DNA of 64,000 nt from a phage: the sequence record PZ452612.1. The stretch is one strand, 5' to 3'. A program made the translations under genes and the position numbers. The notes beneath the pieces were generated by a model. That model was not told the origin of the DNA. It saw nothing but the letters and a program-made list of their open reading frames with translations, and did not search any database. The stretch's first letter is position 1; each line of letters begins with the position of its first letter. Shown piece by piece: positions 18,616-28,358 of the stretch.

Positions 18616-20429
18616 TGGTGTTTAACCCTATGCATGATTTCTTTATTTTTACCGAGATTAAATCCGCGTTCGTTCGGATTTCCCAAATAACCGCATGTTC
18701 TTCTTATGGTGTTCATCTTTTTAGGATCAGTTTCTCCGCAAACTGAACAAACAAATCCGTTTTCAGTAGGAGTCATTTCATGGGTACTTCCACATGTAAA
18801 ACATTTATCTACTGGCATATTAACACCAAAATAATCTAAATGTTGTGCAGCATAATCCCAGACAGCCTCAAGTCCCTTTAAATTGTTTTTCATATCTGGA
18901 AGTTCAACATAAGAAATGTGACCACCTGTCGCAATGAAATGATATGGCGCTTCACGAGAAATCTTTTCAAACGGAGTAATATTTTCTTCTACTGAAACAT
19001 GGAAACTATTAGTGTACCAGCCTTTATCTGTAACATCTTTTACACTTCCATATTTTTCTGTGTCTAGTTTACAGAAACGATAACAAAGGTTTTCAGCAGG
19101 TGTAGAATACAAGCTAAAAGCAAACCCAGTTCTTTCAGTCCATTGTTTAAGAAGAGCATTCATTTTAGTTAAAATTTCTTGTCCAATATCACGTCCGACA
19201 AGAATATTCAATTCGTGGATACCAATGTATCCTAAAGACACTGAACTTCTACCGTTTTTAAATAACTCAATTATGTCGTCATCAGGTTTAAGACGAACCC
19301 CGAATGCACCTTCTTGGTAAAGAATAGGAGCAACAGTCGCTTTAACTCCTTTTAAGGAACTAATTCTACACATCAAGGCTTCAAAACACAGATCCATACG
19401 TTCATTGAATAATTCAACAAATTTCTGTTCATTGAACTGTGTTCCAATATAAGAATCTAATGCGATACGAGGAAGATTCAGTGTTACAACACCGAGATTA
19501 TTACGTCCATCAAGAATTTCATTACCAGTCGAATCTTTCCATACGCTCAAGAAACTACGGCAACCCATTGGAGAAACTGGAACTGAAGAACCAGTAATAG
19601 CTTTATTATTCTTAGCTGAAATAATATCAGGATACATTCTTTTGCTTGCGCACTCTAGAGCAAGCTGCTTAATATCATAGTTCGGATCGTCTTTATAAAG
19701 ATTAACACCTTCTTCAACGAACATAACAAGCTTAGGGAAAATAGGAGTTATTCCATCACGACCAAGACCTTTAATGCGGTTTTTAAGAATTGCCTTCTGA
19801 ATCATTCGTTCAGTCCAATCGGCCCCCGTACCAAATGTAATTGTTACAAAAGGCGTTTGTCCGTTTGAACTAAAGAGAGTATTTACTTCATATTCATAAG
19901 CTTGGAACGCGTCATAGACATCTTTTTCTGTTTTGGATTGAGCATAATTCAACGCATCAGCGATTTGCCATTTTTCCGCATCTTCAACATGTTTAGCGTA
20001 TGTGCGTTTAACATAAGGAGAAAGAACTTTATCGACATTTGCAAATGTAGTTCCGCCATACTGATGTGAAGCAACTTGTGCAGTAATTTGTGCCATAATT
20101 GCAGTAGCAACACCAATCGATTTAGGCGTTTCAATTTGAGCATTGCCTAATTTAAATCCGTTCTCAAGCATCCCCTTTAAATCGACTAAACAACAATTAG
20201 TAAACGGAAGAGCAGGAGAATAATCAATATCATGCATGTGGATAATTCCACTTTCATGCGCATTCATAATAAAAGACGGGACCATATTTTTGGCAATGTG
20301 CTTAGACACAATACCAGCCATAAGGTCCCGTTGAGTTGGAAAAACACGAGAATCTTTATTAGCATTCTCGTTTAAAAGGTCTTTATTAGTTTTATGAATT
20401 AATCCTTCAATTTCTTTTTCAATTTTCAT
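18612..20429 (-). CDS. nrdD: Anaerobic ribonucleoside-triphosphate reductase NrdD
   Basis: 605-aa uninterrupted ORF; C-terminal Zn-ribbon cysteines (CFTCGS...CSVCG) and glycyl-radical motif RRTCGYLG. Confidence 0.95.
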   Translation of the reverse strand: MKIEKEIEGLIHKTNKDLLNENANKDSRVFPTQRDLMAGIVSKHIAKNMVPSFIMNAHESGIIHMHDIDYSPALPFTNCCLVDLKGMLENGFKLGNAQIETPKSIGVATAIMAQITAQVASHQYGGTTFANVDKVLSPYVKRTYAKHVEDAEKWQIADALNYAQSKTEKDVYDAFQAYEYEVNTLFSSNGQTPFVTITFGTGADWTERMIQKAILKNRIKGLGRDGITPIFPKLVMFVEEGVNLYKDDPNYDIKQLALECASKRMYPDIISAKNNKAITGSSVPVSPMGCRSFLSVWKDSTGNEILDGRNNLGVVTLNLPRIALDSYIGTQFNEQKFVELFNERMDLCFEALMCRISSLKGVKATVAPILYQEGAFGVRLKPDDDIIELFKNGRSSVSLGYIGIHELNILVGRDIGQEILTKMNALLKQWTERTGFAFSLYSTPAENLCYRFCKLDTEKYGSVKDVTDKGWYTNSFHVSVEENITPFEKISREAPYHFIATGGHISYVELPDMKNNLKGLEAVWDYAAQHLDYFGVNMPVDKCFTCGSTHEMTPTENGFVCSVCGETDPKKMNTIRRTCGYLGNPNERGFNLGKNKEIMHRVKHQ

Positions 20430-20899
20430 TTTAAACTCTTTCTAAGCTGCTTTTTGAATGAAGCTATTAATTGTGTTTTAGTATCAGATTCATTATATTC
20501 AAATCCTCTTTGAAGCATCTCAGTCATCATTTCCTCTTTACCTAGTCTTGAGAACTCTTTAGTTTTGTCTGGAACAAAATTAGGATGGATATTATTATCA
20601 GAATAATCTTGTTTCAAATAAGCAAGAAGAGCTTCAAGCCATTCGAGGTAATCAACGTTTTGACCTTTAAGACCAGAACGGTTGAACTTATGCTTCATTT
20701 GACCTTCTGCTGCATTGCACAGGTTACATAGTAAACCACGAACCTTACCAGCTTTTGGCCCGTTTAATTCATGGTCGTGGTCAAGATGGTTACCTTGAAC
20801 ATCAGGGTCTAATTCACGGTGGCAAATAGGACACTTACCATTCTGTGCATCATAAAATTTTTGTTTTTCTTCTTTATATTTTGCGCCTGATAATAACAT
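20426..20899 (-). CDS. 49: Endonuclease VII (Holliday junction resolvase) gp49
   Basis: 157 aa; MLLSGAKYKEEKQKFYDAQNGKCPICHRELD...HLDHDHELNG matches T4 endo VII as recalled. Confidence 0.95.
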   Translation of the reverse strand: MLLSGAKYKEEKQKFYDAQNGKCPICHRELDPDVQGNHLDHDHELNGPKAGKVRGLLCNLCNAAEGQMKHKFNRSGLKGQNVDYLEWLEALLAYLKQDYSDNNIHPNFVPDKTKEFSRLGKEEMMTEMLQRGFEYNESDTKTQLIASFKKQLRKSLK

Positions 20900-20928
20900 G
20901 ATAAACCCTTACCTTAAATAGATAAGGG

Positions 20929-20936
20929 TATTTATA
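20929..20936 (-). promoter_or_regulatory. T4-type late promoter TATAAATA (minus strand) upstream of gene 49
   Basis: Plus-strand tatttata = minus TATAAATA, ~30 nt upstream of the gene 49 ATG. Confidence 0.5.
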
Positions 20937-20938
20937 AT

Positions 20939-21031
20939 TTAGTAAACGTTATAAAAGTCTCGATGGAAACGCTTATACTGACGAATCATTCTTTTAGTAG
21001 GACGAGTTTCTGAAATAATTGAAGTCCTCAT
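20939..21031 (-). CDS. Candidate 30-aa basic peptide, paralogous to C-terminus of ORF 21542..21739
   Basis: MRTSIISETRPTKRMIRQYKRFHRDFYNVY; shares the RPTKR..R..KR.HR.FY..Y pattern with the other ORF. Confidence 0.3.
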   Translation of the reverse strand: MRTSIISETRPTKRMIRQYKRFHRDFYNVY

Positions 21032-21126
21032 ATTTGGATTGTTTGGGGCCCAATCATAATAAATTTCCAGGATTTTTGCCCATTTTTTCTTTCGCCATAA
21101 AATAGTTCAGTTTTCATAATAAGCCC

Positions 21127-21540
21127 TTAACTTAAACGTCTTTCTAAATATTCAATGTATTCCGCGGCGGCTTGCATCAGATTACCTTCATAACCGTCAT
21201 TATTTTCTTGACCGGCTAATTTAGCTAAAGCATAAGAAATACGTTCACCTTCGAATTCGCCAAGACCACCATCACAAACTACTTGGTCAATTTCTTCGAG
21301 TTCATCTATTGAATGGGATTCCCAGAAGCACCAAAGAGAAGTATCACGGTCATAGATGCAAAGTTTCTCACCTGTGTTCAACATCACTTCGATAATGCCA
21401 TGGTCGCCATAACCATCTTCGGTAGTAGTACCAATTACCTTGATGATTGTTCCTTTCTTTAATTCAGGAAACTTGACTTGTAGTTCTTCATCTTCTTTAA
21501 CAATCTTGAACCATTTACCGCGAGTTTCAGAAATATTCAT
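21127..21540 (-). CDS. Hypothetical protein (at the T4 pin position; identity not established)
   Basis: Track ORF 21127..21678 trimmed to internal ATG (MNISETRGKWFKIV...) adjacent to the upstream stop; acidic C-terminal half. Confidence 0.4.
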   Translation of the reverse strand: MNISETRGKWFKIVKEDEELQVKFPELKKGTIIKVIGTTTEDGYGDHGIIEVMLNTGEKLCIYDRDTSLWCFWESHSIDELEEIDQVVCDGGLGEFEGERISYALAKLAGQENNDGYEGNLMQAAAEYIEYLERRLS

Positions 21541-21541
21541 A

Positions 21542-21739
21542 TCAATATTCTCTATAAAAGTTACGATGAGAACGTTTAGCTTTGCGAAGCTGACGTTTAG
21601 TAGGACGAACTGTAAATGGTTGTCCAGAGAAAAAATTCGGATCGGTTTTAATAAGCAAATACCAATCATGTTTGCCATTTTTTAATAAACGGTACAATAA
21701 TTTAACTTGCATAATAATCTCTTCCCATTTCCATATCAA
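21542..21739 (-). CDS. Small basic protein
   Basis: 65-aa ORF ending ...RPTKRQLRKAKRSHRNFYREY; start may be the internal ATG (MQVKLLY...). Confidence 0.4.
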   Translation of the reverse strand: MIWKWEEIIMQVKLLYRLLKNGKHDWYLLIKTDPNFFSGQPFTVRPTKRQLRKAKRSHRNFYREY

Positions 21740-21840
21740 TTAATTCATTTATTGAAGGTTCATCATAACACGTTTCTTCGTCGTTGTAAACTGTTTCGAC
21801 GTCTGGCTCGACCGTCTCCCATCGAGCCGAATACCACGGT

Positions 21841-22197
21841 TTAACCGCGGAGTTTATTGATCTCTTCATAATCAACCCAGGATTCTAGCCCAGATGGCAA
21901 ATCAGATTCAATTTCCCAAAGAAGCTCTTCAATGGCTTGCAGGCGATTATATTCTTCAACGGTAATGGTAACCATTGGTGCAACCGGTTCTGCCTTTTTA
22001 ACAATCATATCGTTCATCAGGATGTAAAGGTCATCACGAACGACAGTGTCGTTCCAACCCCATGATTTGGCTTCATAAGCTAATGATGAAGGGAGCACAT
22101 TTAAAACTTCAATAATAGTTGGAGCATCAGGACCAAGTTCATTGGCACAAACTTCGTATACATCTTGGAAATCTTTAAGATTTAATGAATATGTCAT
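21841..22197 (-). CDS. Hypothetical acidic protein
   Basis: 118-aa ORF upstream of nrdC. Confidence 0.5.
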   Translation of the reverse strand: MTYSLNLKDFQDVYEVCANELGPDAPTIIEVLNVLPSSLAYEAKSWGWNDTVVRDDLYILMNDMIVKKAEPVAPMVTITVEEYNRLQAIEELLWEIESDLPSGLESWVDYEEINKLRG

Positions 22198-22457
22198 TTA
22201 AAATATTCTCGTAGTTGGTCAAAGCCACCGATCGAAGTTCCATCAGGAGCAAACACTTGAGGCATAGTCAATCCAACTTGTGATTCACGTCCAAGCTTAA
22301 CCAGAAGCTCAGCAATTTTCTCATCATCAAAAACACCTTTTTCTGGCATAACGTTAATGAATTCGAATGGTTGTTTCTTAACAGTCAGCAATCGTTTCGC
22401 ATTATCACAATAAATGCATTTATGAATAGTAGAGTCATACCCGTACACTTTAAACAT
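22194..22457 (-). CDS. nrdC: Thioredoxin/glutaredoxin NrdC
   Basis: 87 aa from internal ATG; MFKVYGYDSTIHKCIYCDNAKRLL with CxxC motif. Confidence 0.9.
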   Translation of the reverse strand: MFKVYGYDSTIHKCIYCDNAKRLLTVKKQPFEFINVMPEKGVFDDEKIAELLVKLGRESQVGLTMPQVFAPDGTSIGGFDQLREYFK

Positions 22458-22863
22458 TATTTTTCCTTTCATCGATTAAATATGCAACGCCAAATACAAT
22501 ACATGTAATAAAACCTGTGATACAGATAGAAACCAACAACACTGTACCAAAGAACCAAATCAGGTTATCTTTAGTAGTTTGTTTTATATCCATCTCACGA
22601 ATTTCTATAGCTATAGTATCACCTTTATTCAGAAGCGTATAAAACGACGGTGATACATGCCTGTCAAAAACTCGTCCTTGCTCATCTTTATAGACTGCAA
22701 TAAATTCTAATTTAGAATATTTTCCTGTAGATTGACCTGAGATTAATTCCACTACCTCCACAGGAATTACTTTAGTTTCCATGTAAGTATTCTGACTGTT
22801 CCAAATGAATGGAATAATAGCAAAAACTAAAGCTGCGATAAAACAACGAAGGCTATATCTCAT
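22450..22863 (-). CDS. Membrane protein (N- and C-terminal TM segments)
   Basis: 137 aa; hydrophobic N-terminus CFIAALVFAIIPFIW and C-terminus FFGTVLLVSICITGFITCIVFGVAYLI. Confidence 0.5.
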   Translation of the reverse strand: MRYSLRCFIAALVFAIIPFIWNSQNTYMETKVIPVEVVELISGQSTGKYSKLEFIAVYKDEQGRVFDRHVSPSFYTLLNKGDTIAIEIREMDIKQTTKDNLIWFFGTVLLVSICITGFITCIVFGVAYLIDERKNNV

Positions 22864-23168
22864 TATAATGTTCTCTCAAATTTGTGGAAGCATTTACGGC
22901 ATTTCAATTTCAAGTTATCACTGGTCCAGTTAACCAGTTGGACTTGGATAGTTCCACATTCCGGACATGGATGTTTTGCTGCCGATTTGGCAGCATTTTC
23001 ACGTCGTTCAACCATTTTCATGATTTCGTTCCATGCTGGAGGAACGAACTCTTCTTCACCGTGGATTTTATCTCGCTGAACAAATTCAATCTTTGAACTA
23101 TCGTCAATAAACTTAACCAAGCGGTGATTAGTGTTCATATCAATATCCTCTAAAAGACGTAGTTTCAT
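22863..23168 (-). CDS. Zinc-ribbon protein
   Basis: 101 aa; CPECG...CRKC four-Cys motif. Confidence 0.5.
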   Translation of the reverse strand: MKLRLLEDIDMNTNHRLVKFIDDSSKIEFVQRDKIHGEEEFVPPAWNEIMKMVERRENAAKSAAKHPCPECGTIQVQLVNWTSDNLKLKCRKCFHKFERTL

Positions 23169-24112
23169 TATAACACCTCAATGGCATTTCGTAAACCATC
23201 CGCTTTCGCATTCAGAGCTTTTAACGATTTAGTCTGTTCTTTAATCTGGGCTTCGACTTCTTTCAGACGAGATTTGAGATATTCGCGTTCTTCGGCCATG
23301 ATATCGACCTTTTCTGCTTTAGGTTCTTTAATAGGCTTAAACACATTAGGGTTCTTCAGTTTAATTTTAATTCGAGAACTGAATAACATTGAACCGTTAT
23401 CTTCGGTTTCGTCGAACATTTCAACAACATCCATAGTCTGTAACATCATGCGAAGTTTATAAGACAGAGAACGAATGGTTTTGTTGCGCTTATTAATTTC
23501 TTCGGCTTTCATGGTACCGAGATTACGTGAGTAATAATAAGGAACCTGGATATCAATTGATAACGATGCGTTACCATTACCAGTTGGTTTGAATACTGCA
23601 GTAACCCAATCTTTAACATGAACTTTATTTGTACGACCATCGCCGCCTGTGAATAATTTACGTGAATGTTTAAAAAGCATATTCACTTGGTTATTGAATT
23701 CACAAGCAAATTTATCAGCAAATTTAGTTTCAGGAATGGTGGAGAACCAATCAGCTAAATGAGTCTTTTTAACATCATTAACAATAGTGAATTCAACCAA
23801 ATCGGTTTTAGATGTCACAGATTTAATAAAGCTCGGTTTCATAAAGTTTTTAATGTTATCACGAGCCACAGTAGAAGATAATAAACGAGAACGTTTGAAC
23901 CATTGAAGCAACGTCCCTAATGAATGAGAATATGCATTTTGAGTATCTTTACAGATATGATTTTCTTGGCCTGTGTATGTACCAAAATCGCGAAGAATAC
24001 CACTTACTACATCTCGGTGTGGAACATCAAATCCTAATGAACCAGAAGCACGTTGGGCATGAACGTTAGCGATAAGACCTGCAAAGTATTCAATGTAATG
24101 TGAACGTGTCAT
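23168..24112 (-). CDS. Hypothetical protein with C-terminal coiled coil
   Basis: 314 aa; C-terminal ~60 aa heptad-like (EEREYLKSRLKEVEAQIKEQTKSLKALNAKADGLRNAIEVL); own promoter. Confidence 0.5.
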   Translation of the reverse strand: MTRSHYIEYFAGLIANVHAQRASGSLGFDVPHRDVVSGILRDFGTYTGQENHICKDTQNAYSHSLGTLLQWFKRSRLLSSTVARDNIKNFMKPSFIKSVTSKTDLVEFTIVNDVKKTHLADWFSTIPETKFADKFACEFNNQVNMLFKHSRKLFTGGDGRTNKVHVKDWVTAVFKPTGNGNASLSIDIQVPYYYSRNLGTMKAEEINKRNKTIRSLSYKLRMMLQTMDVVEMFDETEDNGSMLFSSRIKIKLKNPNVFKPIKEPKAEKVDIMAEEREYLKSRLKEVEAQIKEQTKSLKALNAKADGLRNAIEVL

Positions 24113-24140
24113 AATATTTTCCTCTCGTTAAGATAGATTC

Positions 24141-24170
24141 ATTATACTCCAACCATCCTTGGTTGTAAAC
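24141..24170 (-). promoter_or_regulatory. Early promoter GTTTAC/TATAAT with palindromic spacer CAACCAAGGATGGTTG
   Basis: Minus strand GTTTACAACCAAGGATGGTTGGAGTATAAT; 27-nt core identical to copy at 25161..25187. Confidence 0.55.
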
Positions 24171-24174
24171 TATT

Positions 24175-25134
24175 TTATGATTTTAACGCATTCATTGCGT
24201 TAAAAAGTTTAGAATACTGCAACTGGAGATTCGTTACAACACTTTGAGCATCACGAAGCTTAGCTTGTGCTTTGTCAAGTTCAACAGACAGTTGGTCCAT
24301 AGTGGCCTTGATTTGATTGTAATGGTAATCTTCGGCCGGAAGAAGGTCATTAGAAACATTTAGTTTTACTGCAGACAGTTTGCACACATTTGGCAAACCT
24401 TTAAACATTGATTTACCCGAAGTAGAATAAGCACTTAGGACTTCGGCCTGTTCAATTGGGGTCCCAGTAAGCGATGCTTCAAACAATGCATTTTCCTTTT
24501 TAAGATTTTGATAATATTCGGAGTCTTTGTGCCACCATGGCGCAGGAACCTTTTTACCAATAGATACACGAGCCTGGATAGCGATATGGCCCTTATTCTT
24601 GATAAGGTCGATAATATTAAGCTCACGAGAATAAATCGCTTTAATCTGGTGGATATTATCACCTAAAACTTCCAACGCTTGGTGGAATACACGAGCGACA
24701 TTATCATTCTTAGGTTTATACGTAAGAGTGAACTCATTCTCACTGATAACCATGATTTCCAACTTATCGTAAGTATATTTCAAATGTTTCATGTTAATTG
24801 CTTGAGGACGAATACGAGAAGCAATGGCCATCAGATTGTTAAGGTTATTCCGGAACTGCTTAGCGAAATATTGTCCTTCACCGCCAATACAAAAATTACG
24901 AAGTTTCTGTTTGGCCAATAAACGGCTGAACTCACCATTTTTAATGAACTCTTTAACGGGTGTGTTAGTAACGCATTCAAATTGAGTAAACTTACGAGAA
25001 GTAATCCCATAATATGAACAGATTTCCTCAATCTCTTCAGGAGTCTTTACAGGCATACGGATAGGATTAGGTCCTGGAGTATATGCGTTCGAGGTAAATT
25101 CTTTGATAAGTTCTCTACGTGTAATAAAAGCCAT
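24175..25134 (-). CDS. Hypothetical protein with C-terminal coiled coil
   Basis: 319 aa; coiled-coil-like C-terminus (MDQLSVELDKAQAKLRDAQSVVTNLQLQYSKLFNAMNALKS). Confidence 0.5.
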   Translation of the reverse strand: MAFITRRELIKEFTSNAYTPGPNPIRMPVKTPEEIEEICSYYGITSRKFTQFECVTNTPVKEFIKNGEFSRLLAKQKLRNFCIGGEGQYFAKQFRNNLNNLMAIASRIRPQAINMKHLKYTYDKLEIMVISENEFTLTYKPKNDNVARVFHQALEVLGDNIHQIKAIYSRELNIIDLIKNKGHIAIQARVSIGKKVPAPWWHKDSEYYQNLKKENALFEASLTGTPIEQAEVLSAYSTSGKSMFKGLPNVCKLSAVKLNVSNDLLPAEDYHYNQIKATMDQLSVELDKAQAKLRDAQSVVTNLQLQYSKLFNAMNALKS

Positions 25135-25160
25135 TTTATATTCCTCATGTTGAAAAATTT

Positions 25161-25190
25161 ATTATACTCCAACCATCCTTGGTTGTACAT
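25161..25190 (-). promoter_or_regulatory. Early promoter, second copy of the palindrome-containing 27-nt element
   Basis: Identical 27-mer attatactccaaccatccttggttgta (plus strand) as at 24141..24167. Confidence 0.55.
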
Positions 25191-26185
25191 CATTCCTTAA
25201 GAAGTTTTACTACCTGAATAAGATTAGCTCGTTCTGTTTTATTTTTACCGTTTAAGCCTGCTAATCGTGAGATTTCATCGTCAGTCTGTTGAATAGTTAC
25301 ATTAAGTTCGTTAATCAAAGCTTCAAAGTATTTGATTTGCTCAGCATGTTTTGATTCAAATTTCTGAACCGGAATAACGTCTTGGTTCAGTTCATCAATA
25401 AGGTCTTTAAGAGCATCTTCTTGGTTGATATCATATTCAACTTCTTTTATTTCTTCAACGAGCTCGTCTTTATATCTAACGTCTTTTAGTCCTGGAGCTG
25501 GTCCTGAAATCTCTTCTTTAAGAGTACAAACATACCCAATACGGTATCCAACGCCGTCTCGCTTGATATCAACTTCGTCGATAAATCCACAATGTTTAAG
25601 TCCAGAGCCGATTATGTCAAAATATCCTTGACGTCGTCCTTCAAACGTTACACGAACTACTAAGACGGTTTTGCCACCGACCTTTTGAAGCTCACATTTA
25701 TAAAAGTTTGTTGAACCTGAATAACATGGATGAGTTTTAAAGTTCATCTGACGATCTAGGCCCATTTGTAAACGTGCTGTTACGGCCATAAAACGTGTTT
25801 GGTTCTCGTTAAGATGAGCAACAATCCATTTCAAAGGCATTTTACCCTGTTCACGGCCGAACAAATCAGTACGTCCTAGATTACGCAGGATGTTGTTAGA
25901 GTTAATCATCGACAGAACGTTAAGTTTATTCAGCGCGCTGAAGATTCCATCAGCCATTGATTTTCCATAACCTTTACACGCTTTAATAAGTGCTCGCGGC
26001 AGATTAGTATAGATTTCAGACGGCATATGAAAATCAAATTTACTAGTCAGTAATTGATGAACTTGGATAGCAATTTGCTCATAATTAAGTGCTCTGCGAT
26101 CGTTATGGTCTTTAAACCATACTTTAATCTGTGAAGCACATAAACCGTTAATTTCATGTTTTACCGCATCAGATGTAATGCTCAT
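25190..26185 (-). CDS. Hypothetical protein with acidic coiled-coil C-terminus
   Basis: 331 aa; upstream element resembles a MotA-box (CGCTTTA) plus TATAAT middle promoter. Confidence 0.5.
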   Translation of the reverse strand: MSITSDAVKHEINGLCASQIKVWFKDHNDRRALNYEQIAIQVHQLLTSKFDFHMPSEIYTNLPRALIKACKGYGKSMADGIFSALNKLNVLSMINSNNILRNLGRTDLFGREQGKMPLKWIVAHLNENQTRFMAVTARLQMGLDRQMNFKTHPCYSGSTNFYKCELQKVGGKTVLVVRVTFEGRRQGYFDIIGSGLKHCGFIDEVDIKRDGVGYRIGYVCTLKEEISGPAPGLKDVRYKDELVEEIKEVEYDINQEDALKDLIDELNQDVIPVQKFESKHAEQIKYFEALINELNVTIQQTDDEISRLAGLNGKNKTERANLIQVVKLLKE

Positions 26186-26247
26186 AACTATTTCCTCGGA
26201 TTGAATTGGAACTCAAAACCATTATAACCCGTCCTTGGGTAAAGCGT

Positions 26248-26775
26248 TTATGCGTGAACCGACTTTAAACGTTCTTCAAATTTCCGAAGAGTACTAATAC
26301 GTTCTGCTTTCTGTTTTGTATAGTTTGCAATACGTTCTGAAGTGAGAGCGTATCGTTCGTTTACTGTTTCTTTCATGAAGTCAGGGATTTCACGAGAAGC
26401 TTTAATTTCATCAAACTTATCGAGTACTGCCTGGTCTTCAGCAATTAAATTTTCGTACATCTCGATATCTTTCTTGATGAAGTCGATATCTTCCTGGGTT
26501 ACTTTGGATAAACGAGATGCTTTATCCTTTTTGTACTGCTCGTTAGTTTCACGAGACCAGAATAATGTACGTTTTTTGTTAGTGTTTTTGTAGACTTCCA
26601 CAATTCCAACTGAATCGATGATAACAATCCAATTCCAGCGAGATTTGAAAATCTGACCTCCGTCCACGGTAATCTCGTTACCATAAGCAATGTCATTAAA
26701 GAACTTACTTTGTGCTTCGGATTTAAATTTACCGTCGTTATAATTTACCAGGTTGAAAATATCTTTAGCGTTCAT
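26248..26775 (-). CDS. Hypothetical protein
   Basis: 175-aa ORF. Confidence 0.5.
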   Translation of the reverse strand: MNAKDIFNLVNYNDGKFKSEAQSKFFNDIAYGNEITVDGGQIFKSRWNWIVIIDSVGIVEVYKNTNKKRTLFWSRETNEQYKKDKASRLSKVTQEDIDFIKKDIEMYENLIAEDQAVLDKFDEIKASREIPDFMKETVNERYALTSERIANYTKQKAERISTLRKFEERLKSVHA

Positions 26776-26833
26776 GTTTTACCTCCAGTAGTTGATAGGT
26801 CTATAATAACATAACCATAGACCTTGTAAACAA

Positions 26834-27121
26834 CTAAAAGAAACTTTTTTCGGTATTTTTTCCACTGAACCAAACAGACTTCGGGATTTTTTGTAATTTT
26901 TCAGATTTAAGTTTCTCTTCCTGTTCTTTCTTATATACACCCTTGTCGTACTGGAGCATCTCTATGACATTCTTTTGCAAACGATCTAAGGTAATTAAGG
27001 CTTTAGTTTTTCCTTTCAAGGAAGAGTCCTGGCGAACCTCCTCGCTATATTGCATTGTAGAACTAACCATACGATGAGCATAGAGTTCGACTGCGGCTTT
27101 AATTTTTTGCATAAAATCCAT
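26834..27121 (-). CDS. Hypothetical protein
   Basis: 95-aa ORF. Confidence 0.45.
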   Translation of the reverse strand: MDFMQKIKAAVELYAHRMVSSTMQYSEEVRQDSSLKGKTKALITLDRLQKNVIEMLQYDKGVYKKEQEEKLKSEKLQKIPKSVWFSGKNTEKSFF

Positions 27122-27259
27122 AACATATCCTCTTTGATTTGTACATCATTATTTTTAAATATTTCTATGCCCTCAGTAGGTTCCTGGTGTCCTTCTTTGA
27201 GGTAAGCCATATGATTATTCATCTTTATGGCTTTTGTTACCTCAGAACTTCCTATAAGC

Positions 27260-28261
27260 TTATTTCAGTAAAGTAACTTCCGAGATTTCTTCCCAACCAT
27301 CTTTATCAGTTGAAATAAAATCTGCTACATAAAGAGCCGTACGTAATGATACATTGCGAAGACGAGATACGTTAGCCTTCATCCAGGACAATGCTTTATA
27401 CGTTTCTGCATCCGTCAGACCACGTTTCTGCATCATGTCAGTAGATAATATTACATCTTCAACTCGAACCATAATCTCTTCATTAGAGTGTACTCCAAGG
27501 TCGAGATACACTGAACGAGATACTAAAGCTTGAAGGTGTGGAGCAAGTTTCGAACCCCGTTCTAACTCTTTATCGATATCAACGTTTGTAATGAAAACGA
27601 TAGTACCTTCAAACTCAAATTCTTTATCAATACCCTTATCCTCGAGATAAGATGACGCAGTGCTCCAACAAACTTTGCGTTTATCTCCGGTATCTAATGC
27701 TGCTTTAAGAAGGTTCAGGATGTCCATATCTGAGAATACGTCAACGTCATCGATTAAGAGAACGCTGTCTTCATCACGGTTGAGCCAAAGTTGTTCGTAA
27801 AGGCCAATACCAGAGATTTTACCATTAATGCTTTTGTATTTGATGAAACCATTATCATTAGCATTATTAAGTGCTTTATCCAGAGAATACGTCTTACCAA
27901 TACCAGCTGCACCTGAAATAATGAGTGAACGAATTTTGCCATCGATAATGCCATTCGTCATCATGTTCATTACTTTAAAGCGTTTGTTGATACGGGTTTT
28001 CATATCTTCAGTGCTTTCAACAACTGCAACTGGTGATGTCTCAACTCCTTCCATTACGATGTCTGATTTGAAGACCCATACTCCACGTTCAGAACCATCA
28101 ATCATAACGAAAATTTTACCATCACCTAAGTGGGAACATTCAGGATTAAGCTTTGCCGGGAACCAGGTCTTTGTGGCAACATAAGAACCAGAGATTTCGT
28201 TATTACGATAGATACCTTTTTTGATTTGAACGTTGAACATTTTATTCTCCAATTTACTCAT
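27260..28261 (-). CDS. P-loop NTPase (Walker A/B) of unknown function
   Basis: 333 aa; Walker A GAAGIGKTYS, Walker B VLLIDDVD. Confidence 0.6.
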   Translation of the reverse strand: MSKLENKMFNVQIKKGIYRNNEISGSYVATKTWFPAKLNPECSHLGDGKIFVMIDGSERGVWVFKSDIVMEGVETSPVAVVESTEDMKTRINKRFKVMNMMTNGIIDGKIRSLIISGAAGIGKTYSLDKALNNANDNGFIKYKSINGKISGIGLYEQLWLNRDEDSVLLIDDVDVFSDMDILNLLKAALDTGDKRKVCWSTASSYLEDKGIDKEFEFEGTIVFITNVDIDKELERGSKLAPHLQALVSRSVYLDLGVHSNEEIMVRVEDVILSTDMMQKRGLTDAETYKALSWMKANVSRLRNVSLRTALYVADFISTDKDGWEEISEVTLLK

Positions 28262-28337
28262 TTCGTTTCGATAGGTCTATAGTATCATATCCTAAAAGCA
28301 TGTACACTACTTTTTAAAAATATTTTAACCCCCTAAA

Positions 28338-28353
28338 GGGACCCGAAGGTCCC
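28338..28353 (-). terminator. UUCG-tetraloop hairpin downstream of the secreted-protein gene (minus strand)
   Basis: GGGACC-cgaa-GGTCCC perfect 6-bp stem; U-containing tail on minus strand. Confidence 0.45.
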
Positions 28354-28358
28354 CACAT

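Noticed and set aside
21541-21678. N-terminal extension of track ORF 21127..21678
   Set aside because: The extension is the alternate frame of the conserved small basic ORF 21542..21739; trimmed to the ATG at 21540.
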